From Naegleria gruberi (lineage: Eukaryota), in NCBI GenBank assembly GCA_000004985.1, contig GG738852.1: a DNA stretch of 64,000 nucleotides. One strand, written 5' to 3'. A program made the translations under genes and the position numbers. The notes below the pieces were generated by a model. That model was not told the DNA's origin. It searched no databases and saw nothing but the letters and a program-made list of their open reading frames with translations. Shown one piece after another: positions 21,886 to 32,125 of the stretch. The first letter of the stretch is position 1. Every line of letters starts with the position of its first letter.

Positions 21886-22401
21886 TTGTGTAATTTAGAA
21901 CCTCTTAATTTTGGAAAATTATTGGAAAACAGGAAACTTTACAACTCATCAAATGAATCATCATTGGAAAATGTTGATTCTTACTTGCCAGCAACATATA
22001 GGGTTGATTTGATGCACTTGTTGTTGAATGGAAAGAAGGGCAATACTGAAAGTGAACCACTTAGTTTGGTAGATCCCCACCTATTTCTACAACCAATTCA
22101 TGCCATTCAATTTTTAAAAGAACATATCATTGATTTGAGTAAGGTTATGGACACAGCCACAACAGAAATTGAACGTTCTGAATGGATTGATAAATACAGT
22201 GAGGAATATAGAATATTCATATCAACAATTCATGAAAAATCAATCACTCCACCAAAGCAAGTAGACCTCTTCTTCCATTTACACATGTTGCACCCAAACA
22301 ATTTCATTCAAGATTGTCAAAGATTGGCCAAATCCATTAAGGAACACCAATTTAATTTTGAATGGCAGAAAAACGAAGCTTCTCGGGAGTATGATGAATA
22401 A
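21886..22401 (+). CDS. ORF in the +1 frame immediately after the F-box ORF; either the C-terminal continuation (frameshift or unrecognised splice) or a separate small gene (first ATG about 22012)
   Basis: ORF-track ORF. Its frame opens at 21833, overlapping the last 30 nt of the upstream ORF. I could not build a canonical GT-AG intron linking them. Confidence 0.3.
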   Translation: MCNLEPLNFGKLLENRKLYNSSNESSLENVDSYLPATYRVDLMHLLLNGKKGNTESEPLSLVDPHLFLQPIHAIQFLKEHIIDLSKVMDTATTEIERSEWIDKYSEEYRIFISTIHEKSITPPKQVDLFFHLHMLHPNNFIQDCQRLAKSIKEHQFNFEWQKNEASREYDE

Positions 22402-22499
22402 GCCATCATCTCATTAAATTCTTCTCCATTATCATCAACTCTTGAATATTTAATTAAAATTAATATTTTAAAATTTTGTATTAAAAAAATTAAAAAAAA

Positions 22500-23918
22500 A
22501 TGGCGCGTATTGAAAATGTGCAATCAGCATTCACCTCTAGTTTTCAACAAATTCTCGAGATGGGCAATATAAAAGATCCCAATCTGGAGAGGGCTCTTGA
22601 GTTGTTGCGAGAAAAAATTATTCTTCAAGGATTACCTTCGGAATCATTGGTAGGTTGTTTTCCGATGATGATTTGTTATTTAATAATCGGAAAGAAACAC
22701 AAAGATGCCATCTTGTTGGGAAAGTATGATGAAAAGTGTGAGGATTGTACTCTGAGATTCATGTTGGAAAAGTGTGATTATAAACGTGTTTTGGAATGTG
22801 AGGAAAAAGGTGATACAACAGAATTGTTGGAGAGTATTAAAAATTTTGAAAGGAAGAGATTTCAATATGAAGATGAATGGGATAAGGAAATGGAAAATAA
22901 TACATGTTTTAAATGTCAAAAATTAATTGCTGATAATAGTATTAGAAGAAGAGTGTGGCTTGCTTTATTACGGATAAAACAAGTTGATTTGGATCATTAT
23001 GTGACACTTGTAAAACAAGGATCACAAGCTGAGGACTATGAATCTTTCTTGAGAGATGTTGATAGAACTATTGGATATTTTCCTGTATGTACAATATATT
23101 TGGAGAATGTTCTGACATAATATTCATTTGTGAAACTTAGCATTTAAAAAGAAGTGGAATTTCAAAAAATAGACAAGAAACACTCAAATATGTATTATAT
23201 AAGAAAATGAAAAGAGTTATCAATAGTTTCCTCCTAACATACGGACACAAGTTTAGTTTTATTCAAGGAATGACTGTTATTTGTACATTTTTGCTCATGC
23301 ACATGTCAGAAGTGGAAGCCTTCTATTTCTTTGAGAGATTGATCACTAAAGTTTTTCCAACGTATGTGAATCCAGCTCAAAGAGTGGGCAATTCTTCAGG
23401 TAATAGTGCTGAGAAGGGTATTGAAGGAGTTTATGCTGCCTGTTACTTACTTGATCAATTGATGAAAGATCATGATCCAGAGCTTTTCAAAATTTTATCT
23501 CCATCCAAATTATGGGCTTTTGCATGTAAGTTGAAATGCTTATTAATTGGAATTCAAGTCTAAATGTTTTTTATTAGATATTAAGGCAATAATGTGTGCT
23601 ATGAGTGACGTACAAAAAACAGCAGTGTATTGGGATTTCTTCATGGCAACAGGTTTTCATATGATTGTATTGTGTGTTTTTGGCATGGTGAAAGTTGAAC
23701 GAGAAAAAATCATTGCTCATTTCAAAAAAGAGAAGGACTCTATGAAAACTATTACATTTATCAAAGATGAAATCATTCCAAACTCTGACCCACAAAAGGT
23801 GATAACAGAGGCTTGCAATACCATGGAGTGTGTGAGTGAAAATTTTTACGATCTTCTTGTGCGTCATACTACAGACCTAGCTCTTTGTATTGACCTGAAA
23901 AACAAAACTGTTAAATAA
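22500..23918 (+). CDS. TBC-domain Rab GTPase-activating protein, about 415 aa; 3 exons
   Basis: Model: join(22500..23084, 23204..23525, 23578..23918). Arg-finger motif ...IRRRVWLALL...RDVDRT... is in exon 1 and the Gln-finger ...YGHKFSFIQGM... in exon 2. Introns are 119 nt (GTATGT...TATAAG) and 52 nt (GTAAGT...TTATTAG). The ...VYWDFFMATG... TBC C-lobe is in exon 3. Confidence 0.7.
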
Positions 23919-23922
23919 ATTA

Positions 23923-25050
23923 TTATTGGTCAATTTCCTTTAAAATCTTATCAATTTGTTGTGTTTCAGAGGAGGCATCACCGAGTAAGTCATCTTCATC
24001 GTCATTATTTTCATTATCGCTCATTTCTCCAAATTCATCATCTGAGGAAAATTCTTTCAGATCACTTGTCTTTTCACTTGGGGAAATAAGCTCCTCATCT
24101 ACAAGTCCCAATTTCTTCTTTCTATATTCTTCTAATTTCTTCATTTCTGCTTTGGTTAACTCTTTAATCTTGGTCAATTTTTCTTTCACTTCACTTGACA
24201 TTTCACTCTCCTCACAAAAGAAATTTTCAAAAATGATATGTCTGAAACATTGTAACAGAATCATCTTATCTTGTGAAATTTCTTGTGTCAGCAAGTTTTT
24301 GATTAATGATTTCGATCTCATTTCCTCACCTTCTTCATCATTGTCATCTCTCTTATCCTTTTCAATACCCATAACTTTGAGAAGTGATTTTACCTTTTCA
24401 GAGGCACCTACAATAATTTCACCTTTTTGTCTTCTCTCAGCAAGTACCTTTTCCTTTTCAATAATATGCTTTTTAGTTGGAAAGTTCTTTCTACGTTCCT
24501 CTCTATACTTTTCAATATCCTCTGGTGTTTCCATTGGTTTTTTGTAAAGCATTGAAAAGATTGGATTCTTGTAATTCTTTTTGTAATCTTGCAAAAATTT
24601 GATATATTCAGGAATATTTTCCTCATTCAAATCACCCTTATTTCCATCCTGTGAATCATGTTCATTATTTTCTGAAGAGGAGGAAGAGGCAGTTGCAACT
24701 TCATTTTCAATTTTTGGTTCCTTTGACTTGTTTTCCTCAGAATCATCCTCTGCAACCACTTCAGAAGCGTCTCTTTTTCTGTAATTATCTCTTGGTTTAT
24801 AGTGCCCTCCACGTCCTCCTCCGTGATGATGATGATTATTTCCTCTGTAGTGTCCTCCTCTTCCATTGCCTCTGTATGAATGACCACCTCCACGTCCACC
24901 ACCACCTCGAGCTAAACCTCCTCTTCCTGCACTATACATTGCTTGTAACCATGCTTGAGGATGTACCTTTTTTCCTTCCGAAGAAGCATTGCTTGATGAT
25001 GCTGATTCGGATGTCGTCTTGTTTGTTGAATTTGGTTTTTGTTCACTCAT
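23923..25050 (-). CDS. RGG-box / acidic nuclear protein; possibly NUFIP1/Rsa1-like box C/D snoRNP assembly factor (weak call), 375 aa
   Basis: ATG at 25050. N-terminal RGG/GGR repeats with His run (GGRGGGHSYRGNGRGGHYRGNNHHHHGGGRGGHY), motif ...EDIEKYREERRKNFPTKK..., acidic Ser-rich C-terminus. The NUFIP assignment rests on motif memory only. Confidence 0.55.
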   Translation of the reverse strand: MSEQKPNSTNKTTSESASSSNASSEGKKVHPQAWLQAMYSAGRGGLARGGGGRGGGHSYRGNGRGGHYRGNNHHHHGGGRGGHYKPRDNYRKRDASEVVAEDDSEENKSKEPKIENEVATASSSSSENNEHDSQDGNKGDLNEENIPEYIKFLQDYKKNYKNPIFSMLYKKPMETPEDIEKYREERRKNFPTKKHIIEKEKVLAERRQKGEIIVGASEKVKSLLKVMGIEKDKRDDNDEEGEEMRSKSLIKNLLTQEISQDKMILLQCFRHIIFENFFCEESEMSSEVKEKLTKIKELTKAEMKKLEEYRKKKLGLVDEELISPSEKTSDLKEFSSDDEFGEMSDNENNDDEDDLLGDASSETQQIDKILKEIDQ

Positions 25051-25150
25051 TTTTTTATTTGAAGTTTTTCATATAATTGAGTTTATTGCTAATGCTCTGA
25101 ATTAATGTTGATTTTAATAAATTGAAAATTAAATTACATTTATTCTTGTA

Positions 25151-28100
25151 TTAGTACAACTTAGAGAATAAACCCTTTTTAACAGGTATTCTATTATTAT
25201 TACTTGCTGATCCAGGTGTTTGAGAACTCATTGGTCTTGCCTTTTGGATAGGACTGGGGGTGTCTCTACTGAAAGAGATGTTATCAAGTGGTGAGGCTGT
25301 CAATGAGGATGTGTTTAATCCAGGTGATCTTGGTGACATTACTGGTATTCCGTCAACCAAAGACTTGCTCATATCCATGCTTGAACTAGATACATTCATT
25401 GGTCCAGCAGAGAATACACCGGTAATCTTTTGTTTGAGTTTTTGAAGTTGGTATTCATACTCTTCTTGTTCCTTCTTATTAACAAGATAATCTTGTTGCA
25501 ATTGAGCTTTTTGTTCCAGTTTGGTATTTTGGAATTTCTTGTTCAAATCCTCCGATTCGATTTGAAGTTGTCTTTCCATTTCCCACATTTGTCTTTCGTA
25601 TTCTAAACGCTTAGATCTTTCCTTCTTTTCATTATCAACTTCTCTCCATATTTCTCTCGATTTTTCATTTCTAATCTTTTGAAGCAATGTCTTTCTAATT
25701 TCTTCTCTTCTCTTTTCCTTATCAACCTCCCATTGCAAGTGAGCTTGCTTTTCGATGACTTGAACCTCTTCTTCTTGCTTCTTTTGGAGGAGTTTTCTCT
25801 TTTGTTGCTCCAAATACTCTTTTTTACATTGGATCATATCATCTTTTTCTGCTCTTATCAATGCCTTTCTAGCAATTGCTTTCTTTTCTCTATCATACAT
25901 TAAGACAGCCTTCTTGAGATGTTGTTGTTGCTTGACTTTTTCAGATTCTTCAACCTTTCTGAGCTTTTGCTTCTCCAGCTCCTTCTTAAAGAGTTTTTGT
26001 TGCTCTTCCCTTAAAATTTCTTGCATAATACTTTCCCATTGTTTCTTTTCCCAATCAAGTCTCTCTTGCTCTAACTTGATACGAGCAGTTTCTGCTACTC
26101 GGAGAAGATCTTGATCCTTTTGTTGCTTGGATTTTTTCTCAAGATCGAGTTTTTCAACAGCAGATTGTTTTCTCTTTTCTGCTTCAAGTTCAACTCTTTC
26201 CTTTTCTCTTCTTCTTGCCTCCATTTGTTCCCTTCTTTCTTGGATACGTTGTTGTTTCTCAACTGCCAATCTTTGATTTTCTCGTTCAATAAGACTGGCC
26301 TTTCTTCTCTCGAGCTCTTCTTTGAGGAGAGCCTTTCGTTCTTCCTCCATCTTGATACGTTCCTTTTCTTGTTGCTCCTTCTCTGCTCTTTCCTTTTCTA
26401 ATTTTTCTCTTTCAATTCTTTGGAGTTCAAGCATTCTTTCCTTTTGCTTGGCTTTAAGGATTTCGAGCTTTCTCTTTTCCAACTCCTTAGCTTCTCTCTT
26501 TTCTCTTTCAATCTTTTCTTGCTCCACACGAAGTTTTTCAATTCGTTCTCTTTCTTCTCTTTCTTTTTCTTCTCTTTCTCTTCGCTCTTTTTCCTCCTTT
26601 TCTCTCTTTTCTTGTTCTATCTTTTCTCTTTCCTTCTTGTCTTGCAAGATTCTCTCAAAGATTTCCTTATTCTTCTCGTATTCTTCCTTCTCTTTCTTAA
26701 TTCTAATCTGTTCTCTAATCTTTCTAGCGACACATCTTCCAAGGAAACCTCTGCCAACTCTTTGCATTTTTATAATGTACTTTTCAAGCTTTTTGTTTCT
26801 TGCTGATTCTAACATTTTGTAAGTATCCGACTTTAAAAATACCTTAGTCTTACCGACTTGGACCTTGTCCTTTCCAAGACTTAAAGAAGAAATAATCTTT
26901 TCTGATGAACTCTTAAAATCAGTACTGGATCCCTCTCCAATAATAACATTATACTTATTAAAGAAGAGTTCATGAGGAATTCTCACACTGTAACCTTCCT
27001 TTCTAATTCTAATAGTTTCCAAAACACCAGACGAGTTCAATTGTTTGACAACTTCTGCATTGCTGAACAATCCAGGTTTCTTAGCAGGGTGAGGTTTGAT
27101 GGTTCTGATCCAATGTGGAGAGGTACTATTAATCAAGTCTAGCAATTCGATCAATTGCTTCTTGAAAGATCCAGTTACGGTAGATGGTTTCTTGTCCTTC
27201 TTATTGGAAGTGAAATCCTTCTTTTCTGGACAAATAGTCTTTGCAACAAACTCAATCTTACTTTGACTAATGATATCAATAATGTCATCTCTCAAAATAT
27301 CCTTATTTTTTTCAATCCAATCCTTAATATTATATTTAACTTCTCCAGCATAGTGCTTGACTGCGAATTCTTCTTTCCACAATGGTGCATGAATAAAGTA
27401 CTCGTGTGATTTGTAAGTTTGAGTAATCATTTCAAAAAATTTCTGATCTGTTGCTGACTGAAGTGCACTTTGGTCGTCAAGTACCTTCAAAATACCAGAC
27501 TTTGAACCTTGAATCATATCGAGACAAGGTTGATTATCCTTAAAGGTGACTTCTGTGACATCGATTCCTTCATTTTCACATTCCTTCTTATCTCTTTTAA
27601 ATGTGTAAGAGTTGTAGTGAGCTTGAAGTGCTTCATTGGCAAAATTGATACAAAATTGTTCGAATGTGTTGAATTCAAACTTTTCAAACCCAAAGATATC
27701 CAACAAGCCAATAAAGCTGGTGTAATCATTAGAGTTGGTATTGTCGTTAATTTTTGCAACCAACCAATCAAACATATTAGAATATAAATTTTTGGATAAG
27801 GCATCTCTCGAATCAGAGGCAGCTTCTGGGGTGAGTGGAGACTCGAAAATTTTAGCCATGACAGCATAAGTCTTGACTGTTAAGGCCTTCTTCAAAGCAG
27901 CAGGTTCAATTTGTAACAATGTACAAGCTTTCTTGAGAGGCTCATCATTTTCCAAGGTTGATCCAGTGTCTTCATTTGGAATTTTGACAAATTTGATATT
28001 TTGAAGATGTAAAATTGCAGCACACACTTTAAAAACAGTATCTCTAATCTCATCCTCAAACCCAATGACCTTAAAGGCGTTTACCATGGCATGAAAATCA

Positions 28101-29167
28101 GAAACATCGTCAATAGTGTCCACTTTGAAACAATTTCCTTTCATGATACTGTCATAATCTTGAGCTTTAGTTAAGAAGAGTTCCTTCTTTTTTGCTTCAT
28201 CCATACCAGCAAGCATTTGATAGAAAATGTGATATGATCTTTCATTAGGTCCCTGCTTCATTAAACGGGATTTTTCCAACAAGTCTATTTCCATGTTAAT
28301 TAATTGAATCCAAACCAAACTTACAGTTTTCTGTGACGGCACCCTTAATGATACCATGTGAGTCAAATTGAAGTTTAATAAATTTACCAAATCTAGAAGA
28401 GTTATCATTGTTCTTTGTTTTAGCGTTACCAAAAGCTTCTAGAATTGGAGAAGCTTGTTGAATTTTAGAACTCATCCCATCCGCCACACTCTTAACATTA
28501 GGATCGTTTGTCATTGTTGATGAAAGTTTACATAAATATTTGATAACAGATTTACAGGCCTCAGTTTTACCTATTAAATTTGATATTAAAAGTGATCAAA
28601 ATACTTAATGAAAAATTAAAACTTACCAGCACCACTTTCACCTGAAATTAGCAAGGTTTGATTTCCTTCCCCTCCTTTCATTGCTCTGTAGGCTCGGTCG
28701 GCAATTTGCCAACAATGTGGATTTAAGCCCTTCTTTCTCTCGACGTAATTAATCATGAATTCATCCTTACAGTATGGGATGGTCCACTTGAACGGATTGA
28801 GGGAGATGATAAGACCTCCAATAAATGTATAAATTTTGTCTTCCTTGAAACGGTTTTGAACACAATACAGCAATGATGATTCGTTAAGTTCAATCAAATC
28901 CAGCAAGTCATCATTCACTGCAGTTAATATATCTTCTTTGTACATGTTGAGATCACTTTCGGTAACCCAGGCATCTTCAACACCTTGCGATGAGCAAAGG
29001 TAAGGCGTTGGAATTTTGTTTGTTTGCTTCTTTTCATCAATATCCTTAATATTACCTATAACCCATGAGTGAACAGGATGATTAAATAAAACCTTAGCAC
29101 CCTTTTCCCAACTTGTGGATTTTGCAGCAGCAGGTTTTGCTACTAATGTTGAAGCCCTAGGTGGCAT
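25151..29167 (-). CDS. Unconventional myosin heavy chain (about 1306 aa): motor domain, one IQ-like motif, about 480-aa ER/K-rich single alpha-helix region, Ser/Thr-rich tail; 3 exons
   Basis: Model: join(29167..28627, 28570..28325, 28284..25151). P-loop GESGAG|KT is split by a 56-nt intron (28571..28626). Switch [12 protein letters not shown] is in exon 2. A 40-nt intron (28285..28324) splits ...VTEN|YLLEKSR. Switch [10 protein letters not shown] is in exon 3. Then an IQ motif ([22 protein letters not shown]) and a long [18 protein letters not shown]... tract. Total 3921 nt, divisible by 3. Confidence 0.8.
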
Positions 29168-29371
29168 TAAATATTTTTTCTTTGATAAATAATAACTGTA
29201 AAACCGTTACATTTATCAAAAAGAAGCGATCCGATTTACAGTTTAAATCTAAAACTACTAGTATGTAAGTGTAACGAGATCTGTTTATGAAAAGAAAAAA
29301 CCACAAATCCTGTTTTGATTCTTGTTCAATTATTGATTTCAATTTAAAATTAATTATTCAAGAATAAAAAA

Positions 29372-30151
29372 ATGAATTGTTTACATTCTCTAGTGTCGTC
29401 AGCATCATCAGATCAGGATTGTTATCATGGCAATGATGATCATCATAGTGGAATGATAACTCTGAGGTTTGGAAAGGATTATTTTTTAGATTGCAATAAA
29501 GAATCAACATTAGAACCAATTTTAAACGAATTGTGTAAATTAATTGTAAATTTAGAATCGGGACTTGGTGATGACAACAAGAATAATTTAATTAATATTG
29601 TCAGGGAACAATCTTTTTATTTTGCACACCTGCCACAAAAACCACTCAGAACAAATATTCCAATTTATCATTATTTGGATGGATTTAATTTGGAATTTGT
29701 GGAATTACGTAGTTTTTATTTGGATGGATTATTTGGACTTGTTGGTGGTAAAGGTGGTTTCGGAAGTTTGCTTAGGCAACAAAAGTCAAAGAAGAAAACC
29801 ACCAATTTCAGTGCCATGAGAGATTTGAGTGGCAAAAGATTTAAACAAGTAACTGATAGATTGAAATTGAAATCATGGACTGAATTAATGGAAAAGAGAA
29901 AACAAGAATTTAAGGAAAAGAAAGAAAAGGAAAGAGCTGAAAAGATGGAAAAACTTAGAGAAAAACTCAATGAGCAAAGATTACTCATTCGTGAAAAGGA
30001 GGAACAAGTAGCATCAGCTGTTAAAATTGCACTTGCTGAACAATCAAAAGTGGTATCAGGTCAATCGAAAGCTCCAGCCACAACAGCTAATAAGAGAAAG
30101 TCCAAATTTGATCACGATTTGGGTTCTGATGACTCTGATGAAGAAATATAA
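29372..30151 (+). CDS. SDE2: SDE2 homolog (ubiquitin-like N-domain, conserved GG^KGGFGS processing site, SDE2 helical/basic domain), 259 aa
   Basis: ...GLVGGKGGFGSLLRQQ...TTNFSAMRDLSGKRFKQV...EKRKQEFKEKKEKERAEKMEKL aligns by eye with human SDE2 ...LCGGKGGFGSMLRALG...TTNREACRDLSGRRLRDV.... Confidence 0.8.
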   Translation: MNCLHSLVSSASSDQDCYHGNDDHHSGMITLRFGKDYFLDCNKESTLEPILNELCKLIVNLESGLGDDNKNNLINIVREQSFYFAHLPQKPLRTNIPIYHYLDGFNLEFVELRSFYLDGLFGLVGGKGGFGSLLRQQKSKKKTTNFSAMRDLSGKRFKQVTDRLKLKSWTELMEKRKQEFKEKKEKERAEKMEKLREKLNEQRLLIREKEEQVASAVKIALAEQSKVVSGQSKAPATTANKRKSKFDHDLGSDDSDEEI

Positions 30152-30176
30152 ATGCAATTGTGGATAATGTGATATT

Positions 30177-31982
30177 TTACTTTCTCTTCTTCTTTTCTGT
30201 TAACATTTCAATCTTATCCTTTTGTCTTTGTTCCTTAATTGACAAGTCTCCATGAGACTTGGTTGAGAGATCACGTAATTTCACAAGTTTGTCAGGTACG
30301 TCTTGTTCAGCTTCTTCCAAAACCTTGATAAGAGGAGTACACAATTGAACATCTTCTGGTGTGAAGAATGAAACAGAGTTACCTTCCTTTCCAGCTCTAC
30401 CAGTTCTACCAATTCTATGGATATATGAGTCAATTTCGTGTGGCATATCATAATTGATAACATATTTCACATTTTCCACATCCAAACCTCTAGCAGCAAC
30501 ATCAGTGGCGACGAGAATAGGTGTCTTTCCACTTCTGAATTCTTCCAAAACCCATTCTCTTTCTTCTTGCTTTCTTTCACCGTGAATACTGAGTGATGGC
30601 CACCCAGCTTCTCTCAATCTCTCTGTCACAACATCAGTTCTCTTCTTTGTTTTACAAAATACTAATGTTCTGCAATCCTCTGGATTCTTAATTAATTTAT
30701 CTAATAAATCTGTCAATCTGGCAATCTTGTCTGATTCTTGAATAAATAAAAATGATTGTTTAACTCTGTGATTTGCTGATGTTTCTATGGAACCTATATT
30801 TACAATAAAATGTGGCTCTGCCTTACTAACATATGACATGGCCATGGATTGGACAGATCTATTCCAAGTAGCACTGAAAAATAATGTTTGTCTATCTGGA
30901 GTAACTTGAGATGTAATTTGTGAAATTTGTGGATTGAAACCCATATCCAACATTCTATCAGCTTCATCCAAAACAAGATATGAGCATCGTTTCATGTTTG
31001 TAATACCTGCCTGTAAAAAGTCAAGAAGTCTACCAGGTGTAGCAATGATAACTTGTGGTTTGGATCTACATTCCTTGATTTGAGTCTTTCTAACTTCACC
31101 ACCATAGAGACAGGCAATTTTCAAAGCTCTATCCTTACTATCTGGAACGAAAGCATTGCAAAAGTTTTCACAAGCTCCATGAATTTGGATGGCCAATTCT
31201 CTGGTTGGTGTCAAAATAACCATAATTGGTCCATCTCCTTTCTTTAATTCCTTTTGTGCCAAAACATGCATCAAACCTGGTAATAAAAAGGCCAATGTTT
31301 TACCACTACCTGTTTCAGCAAGACCAATCATATCATTTCCACTCATAACAATTGGCCATGCTTGTTTTTGAATAGCTGTTGGTTCTTTGAAATTCATTTC
31401 CTTAAATTGATTTTGAATAAAGTGTGGGAAATTGATATGATTAAATTGTGTAATTGGCTTTGGAATTGGAGCACCTTTACGTGAGCAGAATGCTTTAATA
31501 TCTTCCTTGTTTCTAATTTCATCTTCATTAGTCATTTTCTTAATATCTGGATGTTCAACATATGGAATTTTAACAATATTCAAATCTTCAAAATCTGTTG
31601 GAGTTTCCAATTCAAAATTATAAAAATTATTTAGTAAATCCTCCTTCTTTTTTGTTGGTTTTGATTTAGATTCTCCTAATTGTGCAAGAAATTCTTCATC
31701 TTGTTCAATTGTGTCTTCAACAACTTCCTTTTGTTTTTCCTCCCTTTTTAGCTTTTTGGATTTTTTCTTTTCCTTCCTATCCTTCCTTTTTGGTTTAGCT
31801 TTTTCTAATTGTTCTTGTTCTTGTTGTTGCTGTTGTTGTATTTGTTCAGGAGTCATCAGTGATTTGAATTCCTTTGGTGGGTTTTTCTCTACCACTACTG
31901 GTTCTTCATATTCTTCCGATTTTCTCTTTCCGAGCAAGGAACGAGCTGATGATAATTTTTCCTTTAGTTTTTGGCTTTTCAT
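30177..31982 (-). CDS. DEAD-box ATP-dependent RNA helicase, DDX5/Dbp2 (p68) subfamily; single exon, about 601 aa
   Basis: Complete motif set: Q motif, AETGSGKT (I), PTRELA (Ia), DEAD (II), SAT (III), HRIGRTGRAG (VI). K/E/Q-rich N-terminal extension. First ATG at 31982 (the ORF track starts earlier at a TTG). Confidence 0.85.
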   Translation of the reverse strand: MKSQKLKEKLSSARSLLGKRKSEEYEEPVVVEKNPPKEFKSLMTPEQIQQQQQQEQEQLEKAKPKRKDRKEKKKSKKLKREEKQKEVVEDTIEQDEEFLAQLGESKSKPTKKKEDLLNNFYNFELETPTDFEDLNIVKIPYVEHPDIKKMTNEDEIRNKEDIKAFCSRKGAPIPKPITQFNHINFPHFIQNQFKEMNFKEPTAIQKQAWPIVMSGNDMIGLAETGSGKTLAFLLPGLMHVLAQKELKKGDGPIMVILTPTRELAIQIHGACENFCNAFVPDSKDRALKIACLYGGEVRKTQIKECRSKPQVIIATPGRLLDFLQAGITNMKRCSYLVLDEADRMLDMGFNPQISQITSQVTPDRQTLFFSATWNRSVQSMAMSYVSKAEPHFIVNIGSIETSANHRVKQSFLFIQESDKIARLTDLLDKLIKNPEDCRTLVFCKTKKRTDVVTERLREAGWPSLSIHGERKQEEREWVLEEFRSGKTPILVATDVAARGLDVENVKYVINYDMPHEIDSYIHRIGRTGRAGKEGNSVSFFTPEDVQLCTPLIKVLEEAEQDVPDKLVKLRDLSTKSHGDLSIKEQRQKDKIEMLTEKKKRK

Positions 31983-32125
31983 TTTTTTTTTGAAGTTCAA
32001 TACAAATTTATTTCACAACAGTTGCCAATAGCTATAGAAAGCTGGCAAAATGATAATAAAATTATTTTCGTATTGATTGGTGTCACTACAATTATTTACA
32101 ATCTCATCCTGCCACATTATTATAA

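Noticed and set aside
25260-27787. Cluster of plus-strand ORFs (25260..25445, 25679..25903, 25914..26114, 26111..26401, 26322..26822, 26420..26806, 27155..27409, 27509..27787) rich in S/F/L
   Set aside because: All are antisense to the myosin CDS. They are produced by the poly-pyrimidine strand of the GAA/AAG-rich tract, which by composition lacks stop codons. They have no domain content.
31983-32000. MNFKKK N-terminal extension of the DEAD-box helicase
   Set aside because: It starts at TTG. The first ATG is at 31982.
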